A program made the translations under genes and the position numbers. The notes under the pieces were generated by a model. It did not search any database, was not told where the DNA came from, and saw only the letters and a program-made list of their open reading frames with translations. A stretch of 64,000 bases of DNA from TPA_inf: Saccharomyces (taxonomy: Eukaryota), in the NCBI GenBank assembly GCA_000146045.2, contig BK006941.2, positions 288,001-352,000 of the forward strand, given 5' to 3'. How positions within the stretch are numbered: the first letter of the stretch is position 1; each line of letters begins with the position of its first letter. Positions 33,782 to 46,100 of the stretch are shown in pieces.

Positions 33782-35230
33782 ATGGTCAAAAGAACAGTCG
33801 CCACCAATGGAGACGCGTCTGGCGCTCATAGAGCAAAGAAAATGTCTAAAACTCATGCTTCTCATATCATAAACGCTCAAGAAGACTACAAGCATATGTA
33901 CTTAAGTGTCCAACCATTGGATATATTTTGCTGGGGTACTGGTTCTATGTGTGAGCTTGGGTTGGGTCCACTAGCCAAAAATAAGGAAGTTAAAAGACCA
34001 AGGTTAAACCCATTTTTACCTCGCGATGAGGCCAAGATCATTTCTTTTGCAGTCGGTGGTATGCACACCTTAGCCCTTGATGAAGAAAGCAATGTATGGT
34101 CCTGGGGTTGCAATGACGTGGGTGCGTTGGGCAGAGATACTTCCAACGCCAAGGAACAACTCAAGGACATGGACGCCGATGACTCAAGTGATGACGAAGA
34201 TGGTGATTTGAACGAATTGGAATCTACGCCCGCTAAAATCCCAAGAGAGTCATTTCCTCCCTTAGCGGAGGGACACAAGGTCGTGCAATTGGCAGCTACA
34301 GACAATATGAGTTGCGCCCTGTTCAGCAATGGCGAGGTATACGCATGGGGTACTTTCCGTTGCAATGAAGGTATCCTAGGGTTTTACCAAGATAAAATTA
34401 AAATTCAAAAAACTCCATGGAAAGTGCCTACATTCTCTAAGTACAATATTGTCCAATTAGCTCCCGGTAAGGATCACATACTTTTCTTAGATGAAGAGGG
34501 TATGGTGTTCGCCTGGGGTAACGGTCAGCAAAACCAATTAGGAAGAAAAGTTATGGAAAGGTTCCGTTTAAAGACTTTGGATCCCAGACCATTTGGGTTA
34601 AGACATGTAAAATACATCGCATCTGGCGAAAACCATTGCTTTGCTTTAACAAAAGACAACAAGTTAGTAAGCTGGGGGTTGAATCAGTTTGGTCAATGTG
34701 GTGTTTCAGAGGATGTGGAAGACGGTGCGCTTGTTACAAAGCCAAAAAGACTAGCGCTACCTGATAACGTTGTTATCAGAAGCATTGCTGCTGGTGAACA
34801 TCACTCATTGATCCTATCCCAAGATGGCGATTTGTATTCGTGTGGTAGACTAGACATGTTTGAAGTTGGTATCCCAAAAGACAATTTACCCGAATATACT
34901 TACAAAGATGTTCATGGAAAAGCACGTGCCGTGCCACTTCCAACTAAGTTGAATAATGTTCCGAAGTTCAAAAGCGTTGCGGCGGGGTCTCACCATTCAG
35001 TCGCGGTAGCTCAAAATGGCATTGCCTATTCTTGGGGTTTTGGTGAAACCTACGCCGTTGGATTAGGCCCTTTTGAGGACGACACTGAAGTTCCAACCAG
35101 AATCAAGAATACTGCTACACAGGATCATAACATCATTTTAGTCGGGTGTGGAGGCCAATTTTCCGTGTCTGGTGGTGTTAAGCTGTCTGATGAGGACGCA
35201 GAAAAGAGAGCGGATGAAATGGATGATTAA
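33782..35230 (+). CDS. SRM1: RCC1-family Ran guanine-nucleotide exchange factor Srm1/Prp20 (482 aa)
   Basis: 482 aa; seven RCC1 repeats (W.WG.N..GQLG). Confidence 0.95.
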   Translation: MVKRTVATNGDASGAHRAKKMSKTHASHIINAQEDYKHMYLSVQPLDIFCWGTGSMCELGLGPLAKNKEVKRPRLNPFLPRDEAKIISFAVGGMHTLALDEESNVWSWGCNDVGALGRDTSNAKEQLKDMDADDSSDDEDGDLNELESTPAKIPRESFPPLAEGHKVVQLAATDNMSCALFSNGEVYAWGTFRCNEGILGFYQDKIKIQKTPWKVPTFSKYNIVQLAPGKDHILFLDEEGMVFAWGNGQQNQLGRKVMERFRLKTLDPRPFGLRHVKYIASGENHCFALTKDNKLVSWGLNQFGQCGVSEDVEDGALVTKPKRLALPDNVVIRSIAAGEHHSLILSQDGDLYSCGRLDMFEVGIPKDNLPEYTYKDVHGKARAVPLPTKLNNVPKFKSVAAGSHHSVAVAQNGIAYSWGFGETYAVGLGPFEDDTEVPTRIKNTATQDHNIILVGCGGQFSVSGGVKLSDEDAEKRADEMDD

Positions 35231-35361
35231 GGTAGTAGTACAAAGATAAATAAAAGAAAATCGACATAATGCACCTCAGTATAAATTGTAAAATATAACA
35301 TAAATCAAAGAAAAACGAGAAAACGATATGATTATCCGATACCGACAAATTCTCATGTTTA

Positions 35362-35388
<27 letters not shown>
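35362..35388 (+). repeat. 27-nt homopolymeric dT tract just 3' of SRM1
   Basis: t(27) read directly from the sequence. Confidence 0.95.
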
Positions 35389-35393
<5 letters not shown>

Positions 35394-36007
35394 TTCTTGG
35401 GCCTTTACATTGAGTACAGGGGCATAAGTGCGAGGAGTTACCAGACGACAACTAGCAGGCGGATGAAATCAACACTGAGTAAGTATTATGTAATCCATCC
35501 GCTCGTCCAGCCCTTCAGGTTCTTCCTCTTCTGCACGTTTCTCTAGTAATGAACTTTCTAAGGAATTTAATCGGATTTTTTGAGAAAAACGGAGAAAAAT
35601 TAAAAATGTGCCAAGACACCAGCAACAGGCAAAGCAAAGGATAAACTTCCGGTGAACATGTTAGCACGGAAAAATTCATTGCTCTCTCTAACCGCGACAA
35701 ATTACCTATCGTATTTTAACTTTCTTCAACAGCATTATGGAAAATGCATACCGGAGATTGCTCATACAGACCATAAAAACAACAGAAAGTCTTGTGAGGA
35801 AGATAAGCAAGCACGGTAGGTAAACCAGATATGCACATAAATTACCGCTGACTCTCCCCTAAAAGAACTATATTGATGGTCTGACATATAAGGCACCGCT
35901 GAAAAGCATGTACAATTTTAATGTCTTTGCATTTGCATAGTCAGTGTGGCGTGCATTCTCCACAGAATCTAACTAATCAAATGTATCGTGACTGGGTGTT
36001 GCATCAT

Positions 36008-36856
36008 TTTCGCGAATAAAAAATAGAACACTGTAGAGTAGCGCAGCGCTTTTTTTTTATTGAGGCCCTTTGCAGAACCAAGGCTGCAGTCTTTTCTCTG
36101 AAGATTAGCTTTGCTAATATAAACAAATCCGTTAAGTTCTTGGGAATTTCTTTGAAGGGGGGGAGGCGGAAATGTAGTGAGTTGTTTTTACTGTGATTTG
36201 CTTTTTCTTTCGCTCATGGCTTATTTTCCTTTCCTTTTCTTCCCACATTCAATAATGCAGCGTAAATATAGAACAAGATTACTTGTTTATACGAGATATA
36301 CGGGCAGTGAATAAAGTGGTACTAGAACTAATTATCAAAAAGAGTAACTGTCATTCAACATTTCTGGCTCTAGACCCAATAGGACATAAACTTTTAGATT
36401 TTTGAAAAATGGCTTGGCGCAGCACGGTAATACTAGTTGGTTTTTTAAGCCTACTTTCGCCAATAAAAAAAACTACGAAACAGTTCTTACTTACCAATAT
36501 CCCCTGCCACTACACTGTACTTTAGTGAACCCAACATCACGAATAAGAAACAATAAACAATAAACAATAAACAAGTGTTGCTTTAGCTCAACTTGCCCCT
36601 GAGAAATAACAGCGCAACTATCAACAATGAATGCATAGCATGGAGTAGAGTAAAAAAGCTTTGTTTTGGCCCCGCCTAGACAAGAGGCAGCTGCGCGAAA
36701 TAAGAAATTATAAACTCTTGTTTTTCTATACTGCTCTCGCTCAACCTTTTTTTCCCACGCCTATTATCGGTTCAAGGGACAGCAGATCCGCTCTGCGCAC
36801 TGGAGCAGAAACATTCCCAGTTCGGTTCCGACTAAAACCCGCCTTCCCACGCGAAA
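36008..36856. promoter_or_regulatory. Three SCB-type CGCGAAA motifs in the TOS8 upstream region (36008..36014 as rc TTTCGCG; 36694..36700; 36850..36856 as CACGCGAAA)
   Basis: Exact CGCGAAA heptamers read from the sequence. TOS8 is a known SBF target and G1/S transcript. Confidence 0.55.
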
Positions 36857-37330
36857 TTCTGGGCCGTTCAAGGCAACTTATTAGTAAGAAGAGCAAGGGG
36901 AAGGTACATTAAAGCAAGAGAACCGTGCATGAATTTATAGACATTTTTCATGGGAGGTAGGGAATTTTCAGACTTTAAGTTACACCCCATAGGGGCAAAC
37001 ATACAGCAGTGGTTGTTATCTTTCATTCGCGCCAGGAAAAGCCGCTACCCACACTAAGTGACGTGTAATTGCCGTTCCCTTGTTTTGAAGCACACTGAAA
37101 GCTGAAGTGATCATAAGAAAAGAAAAAAATAAATGCTGAGAAGGGTTTGCAAAAAAAGAAAGGTTCCTAGTATATATATGGAAGGCTTCGTTAGCTTAAA
37201 CTTTCTACAGTCATGCATACAGCAATTTTTTTAGAGCATTACTTCTTGAGTGGCAAAAGCATTTCTTTTTTTTTTCAGTATAGGAAGTAATCACTGTAGA
37301 AATAAGTCAACAATAATTGCATAGAAAAAA

Positions 37331-38161
37331 ATGGGTACTAGCATAGTAAATCTAAACCAAAAGATTGAACTGCCCCCAATCCAGGTCTTATTCGAGTCAC
37401 TTAACCGAGAAAATGAAACAAAACCCCACTTCGAGGAACGCAGGTTATATCAACCTAATCCTTCATTTGTTCCTAGAACAAATATAGCAGTTGGTAGCCC
37501 AGTTAACCCGGTTCCAGTATCATCCCCTGTTTTTTTCATTGGTCCTTCTCCACAGAGAAGCATTCAGAATCACAACGCTATTATGACTCAAAACATACGT
37601 CAGTATCCAGTTATATATAATAATAACCGAGAAGTTATATCTACGGGTGAGAGAAATTACATAATAACTGTAGGGGGGCCTCCGGTAACTTCTTCGCAGC
37701 CCGAGTATGAGCATATCTCAACTCCCAATTTCTATCAAGAGCAGAGACTGGCACAACCTCATCCGGTAAATGAGAGTATGATGATAGGTGGTTATACAAA
37801 TCCTCAGCCTATTAGCATTTCCCGAGGTAAAATGCTATCCGGCAACATAAGTACGAACTCGGTCCGCGGATCTAATAATGGATATTCCGCAAAAGAAAAA
37901 AAACATAAGGCACATGGTAAGAGGTCCAATTTACCAAAGGCCACCGTTTCAATTCTAAACAAATGGTTACATGAGCACGTAAACAACCCTTACCCAACCG
38001 TGCAGGAAAAAAGAGAACTGCTCGCGAAAACTGGTCTAACTAAACTTCAAATTTCCAATTGGTTCATTAATGCTAGGAGAAGAAAAATATTTTCTGGCCA
38101 GAATGACGCAAATAATTTCAGAAGAAAATTCAGTTCTTCTACAAATTTAGCTAAGTTCTGA
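37331..38161 (+). CDS. TOS8: TALE-class homeodomain transcription factor Tos8 (276 aa)
   Basis: C-terminal homeodomain with WF.N.RRR ('ISNWFINARRRK'); 276 aa. Confidence 0.92.
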   Translation: MGTSIVNLNQKIELPPIQVLFESLNRENETKPHFEERRLYQPNPSFVPRTNIAVGSPVNPVPVSSPVFFIGPSPQRSIQNHNAIMTQNIRQYPVIYNNNREVISTGERNYIITVGGPPVTSSQPEYEHISTPNFYQEQRLAQPHPVNESMMIGGYTNPQPISISRGKMLSGNISTNSVRGSNNGYSAKEKKHKAHGKRSNLPKATVSILNKWLHEHVNNPYPTVQEKRELLAKTGLTKLQISNWFINARRRKIFSGQNDANNFRRKFSSSTNLAKF

Positions 38162-39901
38162 TTTTACTTTTTTCGGAATTACCTAAAATGGGTTTACGGC
38201 ATAGAAGATAGATAGATTAAGAGGTAGGTTGACTTTTCCTTTGAAATTTGTAATTTTAATAAAAATTCCAAAAAAAAAAAAAAAAAATTCAAAGTAAAAA
38301 GACAAACTTTGGTGAGAATCTTCGATTAACAAAATTACTCCTTAATATTCTTAAATTGGAAAATGATCATGGTTATCAGTGTATTTTCTTTTACCGTGTA
38401 TATCAAGTTTTATACCCCGTATAGCTTCAATATACGCACTTTTCTCAGATCTTTTTCTGCCGTCATTCCTTTCTTCCTTTTCTTTCAACTAGAAAAAGAA
38501 ACGAAATCAGACCATATATCTAGTCGCCAAGCATTTTTCCCTTCTTGGATAGGAGGAGCAAAAGAAATACTAACAGTTATTAAAATGCACCATGCCCTCT
38601 GTACATCATAAACCCACTTACAGGCTTTTTTTTCATTCTCGATCAGAAGAGAAAAAAAGAAAAATATAACTCGGCAGGCTGTACAACCTTATTGTTCTGC
38701 GTAGTTTACCTGGTACATAAACTTCAATCAGGTGATTTTTTTTTTGATGCAACAGATTATTTTGTAGGTGTATTTGTTCATTATGTTTGTATCTCTGTAG
38801 GCTCATGGATAATAGAAATTCTTCTCCTGGTACGTATTGGAGTATACCATAGGAATCAAATGCTGCCCGTCCCAGGATACTTTTTTGGAGATATGACAGT
38901 CTGAAAGGTGCAGAATAAGGCAAGTTTCTGGCAAACAAAAAGTGATAACAGTCTAAGTGTCTTGAAAATTGTTGTTACTCTTGCCATTGCGTCAGAAGAA
39001 AGGTGAGTTTTACTTCTATCCTATAGCGCAAGAAGGTACTCAATAGATTACAGTTCTTGTTGCAAGTTGGAGTATCCCATTAATTCAGGCCATTCGCCAC
39101 GTTTTAAAACGAAGTTATTAAAAAGAATATAATTTTGGAATTCGAAACTTAATAAATACATGATGCTAGGTACACAGAAGACATCATTATTTATCCCCCT
39201 GAATTATGAGTCCACACAAGAGAATCAACAACTCTACATAATACCATAATTATTTTGCCTTTCACTCTTCAGAAAGTCGTTCTTTGATTCTGTTGTATCA
39301 TCTGTCCTTTTGTTTGGGCGTCCACTGAATTTAATGGCAGCTTAGCTTTAACTTCATCGAATGGTTTAATACTTCACATCATCTTCTGAAAATCGCATTA
39401 ATGGATTATACTGTTATTTAATTAGCAGCTGAAATTTTTGCTTCAAAAAGAGTAACAGTTGCAAGCAATTCTCTCAAAAGCTAAGAAGCCTTTGAGCCTT
39501 GGAAAGCAATGTTCATCTAAAAACACAAGAAAACCCTCAAAAAGAGTTATTGTGTGCAATAACACTAAATGGACCACAGATACATTTTTGAAAATGATAC
39601 AATCCGTTTTTGCTTATAAGTACACTGAAATAAAACCTACCTGAGCTGGCGGCGCTACAAACACTCAATGTTTCTAACATATGGAACAAAGAGAAGACAG
39701 CAAATTACCTTGCTATAACTGTCAAGACGTTTTGGTAATACATGCTACTTGAAAACCCTCAAGAGTCGCTACAAACTTGCCTTTCCTTAATAAATAAAGG
39801 CAAGCGTTATCTTCGTTTTCAATGAAGCGTCATATACATGATACTATTGGAATAAGAATTAGCTATCATCTATCGAATAGTGTTCATACCATTGACATAT
39901 T

Positions 39902-40199
39902 GTTGTCGGAATGGAACTCTAAAATATCATCTGTTTATCGGCATTCGTGTTAGTAGTATATTATCACATGCGGTGTAAGAAGATGACATAAAAATTGAGA
40001 AACAGTCATCAAATATAATGGAAGCTGAAATGCAAGGATTGGTAATGTAATAGGATAATGAAACATAATGAACGGAAGGAGAAATAATCGTAATATTATT
40101 ATGTAGAAATACCGATTCCATTTTGAGGATTTCCATATCCTCGAGAAGAACTTGTAGTAACATAATATTATAGTCTTTATCAACAACGCAATCTCAACA
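39902..40199 (+). mobile_element. Solo Ty1/Ty2 delta LTR (internally shortened)
   Basis: Starts 'tgttgtcggaatgg'; contains 'tattatcacatgcggtgtaagaagatgacat', 'ggaagctgaaatgcaaggattggtaatgtaatagga' and 'ttttgaggatttccatatcctcgagaagaacttgtagt'; ends '...atctcaaca'. Confidence 0.7.
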
Positions 40200-40227
40200 A
40201 TTATCAAGATTCACCTAACATTCAAAT

Positions 40228-40460
40228 ATTATATATGATGTAAAAATATGATATAAGGATTGCGAAATATATTTCAGATTTAATGAAGGTGATATGCAAG
40301 TATTGATCATTTAGAAGAATAACTAGGGAATGAAAAAAGAGCTAATACTATTATTATATAAAAATACCGATTCCCCTTTTGCGGATTACTCTATCCATGA
40401 GGAGAATACCCTAGTATATTCTGCATGATTTTATAAACCAACTATTACAGTCTTTATAAA
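40228..40460 (+). mobile_element. Second, more diverged delta-like LTR fragment
   Basis: '...gatatgcaagtattgatcatttagaag...ataccgattcccttttgcggattactctatccatgaggagaataccctagtatattctgc...', delta-like blocks about 120 bp upstream of tRNA-Glu. Confidence 0.45.
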
Positions 40461-40582
40461 AATGAAGTTCCAAAAACTTCTCATATTGGCCTAATTTCTC
40501 GCGAATATGATTGGTTATACGGTGTAAAAGTTTTTCCATATAGTAATTTACCTTTGTAATGGAATTTTTCCAACAATTATTG

Positions 40583-40654
40583 TCCGATATAGTGTAACGG
40601 CTATCACATCACGCTTTCACCGTGGAGACCGGGGTTCGACTCCCCGTATCGGAG
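40583..40654 (+). tRNA. tE(UUC): tRNA-Glu (anticodon TTC), 72 nt
   Basis: TCCGATATAGTGTAACGGCTATCACATCACGCTTTCACCGTGGAGACCGGGGTTCGACTCCCCGTATCGGAG; UUC anticodon; B box GGTTCGACTCC; T6 terminator at 40655..40660. Confidence 0.93.
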
Positions 40655-40873
40655 TTTTTTGTCGTAAGTTGAGAAAGTTTTTTCCAGTTAAGTTATTATG
40701 ACGCATGCACATAGAAGGATCACCGAACAAAGTTGCAATTATTAGGCACCGAATGAAGAAAATGAGAACCTAATTTCGCTTGGCAATAGTAAAATGTTTT
40801 ATCTGCATCGAAAAAGTTATATAGATTTATGCCTCATATATAAAATAGAATTTTAGAATAAGATAATCCTTAT

Positions 40874-42607
40874 TTATTTTGCAGATCTAATAGAATCCAT
40901 ATATTCTTTAGTTGAAAGTATAGAGGTGCCTCCTAAAACCACCCTCATTCTGTTATTCATCGTTCCATTGAAATCATGGACTAGCCTTGCCTCCTCATAA
41001 GTTACACCGCCAATAACAAACAATATTACATCCTGAGGAATATCTTTGCTCTGCTGGTTTCCGATCACTCTATGGCCTTGAGTATCTATTTCTTTGAAAC
41101 GATCCCTGAATAACGCATTTTTAGAGAGATCTGTTAGTAATGACGAAATTTCCGGAATATGTTGCATATAGACGTTTTCAGCGGTGTTGCTCTTAGAATT
41201 CATTCTACTATTAAATCTTCTTGCTAGTTCGGTTAATATATCGTCCTTGTCATGGTTACTTTGAGTCATTTTATCCTGGCGGCTAAAAAGCGATTTAAAT
41301 TTATGGAAAAAGTTGACGTCCTCTGGAGGAAGTTGTTGAGACAGAATCTCAACTAGTTGACGGATTTTGTCTGAGCTGGTTTGATTGTTTAAAGAATAAA
41401 TACATGCAAGCTTTAACTTGTAATACTTATCAACTGCTTCATTTTGTAGCAATTTAATCAAATCGGAGAAATCTTCTTCATTGGCATCGTGTGCTGATAG
41501 ATTTTGTTCTATTTCACTAATTTCCCATATATTTTTTATCTTCAACTGTCTGTCTAATTCCCCCACTATAGCCATATGCTTTGCAACATTTCCAGATAAT
41601 TTTCTAAACTCTGGATACTTCTCAATAAAGTTTTTAATATCCTCAATGGAATTTATTTGGCTGTTGGTTTGTGTCTTGTCTTTGTATGTAGTCACATATT
41701 GTTTTACTTTATCACCCAATTCACCAAAATTCAAATACATGGTATCCCTGAAGAAAGCATCTTGCTTTGATGATAAGGTGACCTTCTCCAGGTCTTTATC
41801 AATTCTAGGCACTTTCGATAAATCAACTATATTCCGCTTAATGCCTATATACTCATTGATCATTGATTGGTAGGTCCAAGGTTGAAGTAAAGGTGTTATA
41901 GGATCAGTATTACGATCTAAAATTAGTAACACAGGTGTCGAATCCATCACAGGAAAATCAAAAAAAGTTCTTTCGTTTTTACCAATCTCATAGGAAACTT
42001 CTTTAGCCAATCTTTCACAAATTTTACTTGCTCCTTCATACCTGATATCTGGTTTTATCTTTAAGGATAAAAGCACAGAAACTAAGCTGTTGGTACATTT
42101 TGTTAGCCCCCCTTCGCTCCAAACCAATTTATTACTTAAAAATTCTCTTGGTTGCAAATCAAACGAAAATAAATCTTGGTTTAATATAAAAAAGTCTTGG
42201 AATATTTCTTCCACCTTAGTAACAGCTTCCAAGTCGTCAGATTCAGCTAGCCGTTCTAATTGAGATTTAGAGACAATATTACTAAAGAATATTTGATACT
42301 CGCCGTACCGAGGATTTCTTAACTCACGCAGCAGATGTTGCAGTGTTTCCTCTGTGGGTTTAACGTAAACTAAGCACCTTAAATGCCTGGACACTTCACG
42401 TTGCTCATTTTCTATTCTTTCTACCAGATATATTTCATGCTTCAACAACTCACTTTGAGTGGCACATAAGGATATCGTAGGTGTGGTATTCTTATCCAAC
42501 AGCAAAACCTTAATCCTTTGGTGTTCATTGACATTGGCTACGCTCAATTTCGATTGGGAAGTCACAATTTTGTTTATATAAAAGTCAGCCACATCAAAAA
42601 GGTTCAT
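40874..42607 (-). CDS. VPS45: Sec1/Munc18-family protein Vps45 (577 aa)
   Basis: 577-aa minus-strand ORF; Sec1 family (syntaxin-binding) architecture. Confidence 0.92.
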   Translation of the reverse strand: MNLFDVADFYINKIVTSQSKLSVANVNEHQRIKVLLLDKNTTPTISLCATQSELLKHEIYLVERIENEQREVSRHLRCLVYVKPTEETLQHLLRELRNPRYGEYQIFFSNIVSKSQLERLAESDDLEAVTKVEEIFQDFFILNQDLFSFDLQPREFLSNKLVWSEGGLTKCTNSLVSVLLSLKIKPDIRYEGASKICERLAKEVSYEIGKNERTFFDFPVMDSTPVLLILDRNTDPITPLLQPWTYQSMINEYIGIKRNIVDLSKVPRIDKDLEKVTLSSKQDAFFRDTMYLNFGELGDKVKQYVTTYKDKTQTNSQINSIEDIKNFIEKYPEFRKLSGNVAKHMAIVGELDRQLKIKNIWEISEIEQNLSAHDANEEDFSDLIKLLQNEAVDKYYKLKLACIYSLNNQTSSDKIRQLVEILSQQLPPEDVNFFHKFKSLFSRQDKMTQSNHDKDDILTELARRFNSRMNSKSNTAENVYMQHIPEISSLLTDLSKNALFRDRFKEIDTQGHRVIGNQQSKDIPQDVILFVIGGVTYEEARLVHDFNGTMNNRMRVVLGGTSILSTKEYMDSIRSAK

Positions 42608-43117
42608 TTCTTTGTTCTATACAGTAAAAGATGGCCTTAACTCAAAACCAAGTCACTGTACCTCTTCACTCCTTAATGTTACTCTGGGTACATTGCATAT
42701 GAGCCAAGGCACTTCTATAAGTAAGTTCGAACGTTAACTAACTGTAATGACGTTACCCTTTCCTGAAATTGGCAGAAACAAAAATGAACATTTCTGGCAA
42801 CTTTTCGCCATACAGTCAGTACTCGTTACGGACGCCCGGGAAACAAGTAGGAAACATATGAGAGGCCAAACAAGGGTAAGACCTTCTTTTCTGGTAATAG
42901 ATATTACTTCATCGCACAAAGAAGTCTAATTCTGGCGTGTGATGACAAAAAGGTTTAACAAGACCTGTTTCAAAATGTTTGCATATGTTGATTACAGTAT
43001 ATATAATAGTACACAAACACCGGTAACATTTTATAATTTTTTTGAATTTTTTGTATACTTTTCCAACCAGTGGTGCGCTGGTGGCTCTTGAGATTACGTG
43101 AAAGGCACTGCACCATA

Positions 43118-46100
43118 TTATCCCTTTGAAGTTTCTGGAACTTTGAAATTATGGGCTCTTCCTTCTTCGTACACGCTGTTCAGTACTTTCTCAAAGATAG
43201 CTTTTTCTTTCAGGTGGAGATATTTTTTGTAAAGAATCAAGGCAGTATGGGCATCTTCAATTGAATCGTGATTTCCCTCTTGGATATTCATTCCTAACAA
43301 CACATATGCCAGATAACGCAATGAAAGATATCTCTTTCCTTGTAGAAAATATATGGCAGTGTCGCGAATTTGGTTTCTTGGGACATTAATATTAATGTGT
43401 TTGAAGTCATTATTCAAACCATGACCAACAAATACGCATCCGAGCTGCATTAAAAGCCAGACTTTTCGATATACAACGTTTCTTCTCACAAGCCTTTTGG
43501 TACTCTTTTCAGGGTCCAAGTCACCAGGAAGAATCCCACTATATCTTGTCAAATAGTCTTCTATGTGGTTCGTGTTTACCACATAATCATCGACAAATGG
43601 TACTCCATACAGTTCTCCTTCTTCGCCTCTAATAATGGATATTCTGGCCAAAGCAGTTCTTTTAGGTCGAATAATACTTCTGATTCCTTGATGATCGATT
43701 TCACATAGTTCACTTTGTAATGAGACAAATTCGGCATCAATGGCAACCAAGGTTCCAGATTTAGGTGCCTCATCATGTGTTAATAACTTATATTCACGTC
43801 TTGCAGTATCTCTTATTCCGTTTGCGAAATAATCACGGAAAAGTATGTCATAGTTGATGGAATACGTATCAACAGAAAAGAAAGGTTTTCGTAATTCTTC
43901 CGCATCACAATATATGATAATTTCTGGTGTTTTCCAAGGGTATGTCATTTTAAGCGCCTCTTCCTCTGTTATCTCAACAACCAAATAATCATTAAACATG
44001 AGCCACTTGAAGCAATTCTCTTTTGGATTATATTTTTTGACATATGTTACTAGACGCGTCTCGTTATTGTTATCAGTGATTTTAGCCACGTAACCATTCA
44101 ATTCGTATTTAAATATGTGGCTTGTGCCCTTCAATTCGGACGCCGTCGATCTTAGAACTGCCTTGTTTTTAATGATGCTTCCATAAAATTCACTAGTTAA
44201 CCAGTTTTTCGACGACCTTATATTGGAAAATTCGGTATCTAATAGTGATAATTCTAATGACAACACTGAAGGTAAATTCTTGACAGTACACTCCTGGGTG
44301 ATAGTTTCGGTTTTGCCGCAGGTTGGGCAAATACTGTTCTTTTGGGTTACATTTTTCATGGCATATTCAATATAAGGCAAAATATTCTGTCCATTGCTTT
44401 TCTTGTTCAATTGTTTGATTACGGTTTTGTTGATTCCTGATATTGATAAGGAGGGTAGAAGTTTGACGGTAGTGTCGTAGTGATCACAGCTACACTCTGT
44501 TCGTATTTCCGTTTCCAAACCAAAGCATTGATTTAGGGTGATATTATGGTTGACTGTCTGCGCTTCCTCTTTAATAAGTTGCGAGAGCAGGAATCTGTTA
44601 AATTTTTGAGGCATATTGCGTTTAATACTTTCAGAAGAATTAAAATCCTCGATACTTTCCCTTATGCACAGCGATTCTAAATACTCTTCTAAATGTTCTT
44701 GTGGTTCACCGTTTTCTAATTGTCTTTTATCAGTTAAGGATTTCAATGACGCCTGAAAATTGGAAGAACTACATATTTTTCCATGTGATCTTTCCATCAT
44801 GTCAAAGAGGTAGCCTAGATCAGTTAGCAACGTTGTTTCAAAATTCTCGTCTTTCAAACACCCAACAACGAAATTAAACATTTCTGGAATAAAGCGATAC
44901 AATTGTATGATAGCATTTGTGTAGTGATTATCAACATCTGGATCCAATCCTGAATACTCAGTGTTATTAAAGGGCGTAAAATCAAAATTATCAGTACCAA
45001 ATCTACCTGATGTCAGTGGAAGTCTACTGTATGCAGGGGGTACTTCGTACTTGTTGATTGAGGTATATGTCTGTATATCGCTGGTTTCTAAACCGCTTGT
45101 TATCTGTTTCCTTATATCTCTTAGACAAACGTAATCTGGTATAGCATTTCTCATACCGTATTTGGTGCGATCATATCTTAACAAAGGAAATTCTTGTGTG
45201 CTCAACTTCTCATTTTGGCTCGAGATCACAGCAAGGTTACTTTTTAATTTGCCGCTCGATGGTAAGGGTGACTTACCTGTTAATTGCGGTATGGTACCTT
45301 CACTTTTAAACACTACAGGGGGCCATGCAGACAAAAGTTTATCAAGATAGTACGGCATCCCCACAGAACTCAATGGATATGTTTCATCGTCGACAGATAT
45401 TGGGCCGTCAGAGGTAATGTCATTAAAATAATCAGGATATGCTAGCATTTCAGGGGTATTGGTAAACATTCCCATGTTGTTTGATGATCTTCTCCATGTA
45501 TCTAGGTGATTATCAGCTTCTAGTATACCCAATACGTCACCATTGGGGGACAAACATAACTTTTTAATCGACTGGCAAGGATGAACATATTGTGTTCTTA
45601 AAGTTGGATTGGAAAGGTCGATGAAATCAAACGAACCAGAACTTGAGGCGACGATCATAACAGTAGGAAGCAAAGGATGTAATTGAACAAAATCTGCGCC
45701 TCCAGATCCCATAGTTGTTCCTTTAGAAAAGGAAACAGGAGGGAGTTGACGCATTGTTCTCAAGTCGTAAACATTCACAAATGGGTCAGCGTATAAGTTA
45801 TAAAATCTTTTGGACTTCCCTACTGTAACCAAGGTGTTATCCCGTAAATCCATAGCGGATATGGATGCAGAGTGTGCATTAAATGATTTGATAGTACGAT
45901 TCGATGTTGGATCTAGCAAATCCACAGTCCCTGTTTGTCTTCCGATAGACAAAACTTTATTATTAGAGCACATTAACTTCACTTTAGATGAGTAATTCAA
46001 GAGGGAATCTAAGCAACCTCTGTTCAAGTCAATGGACGCAATTCCCCAATTTGTGTTGTCACCACCACAGTAGATATTGTTTTTCAGTGAATGAGGAGAA

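Noticed and set aside
36551-36574. (CAATAAA)3 tandem heptamer in the TOS8 upstream region
   Set aside because: It has only three units. It is more likely simple-sequence slippage in AT-rich DNA than a functional element, and the AATAAA content is incidental.
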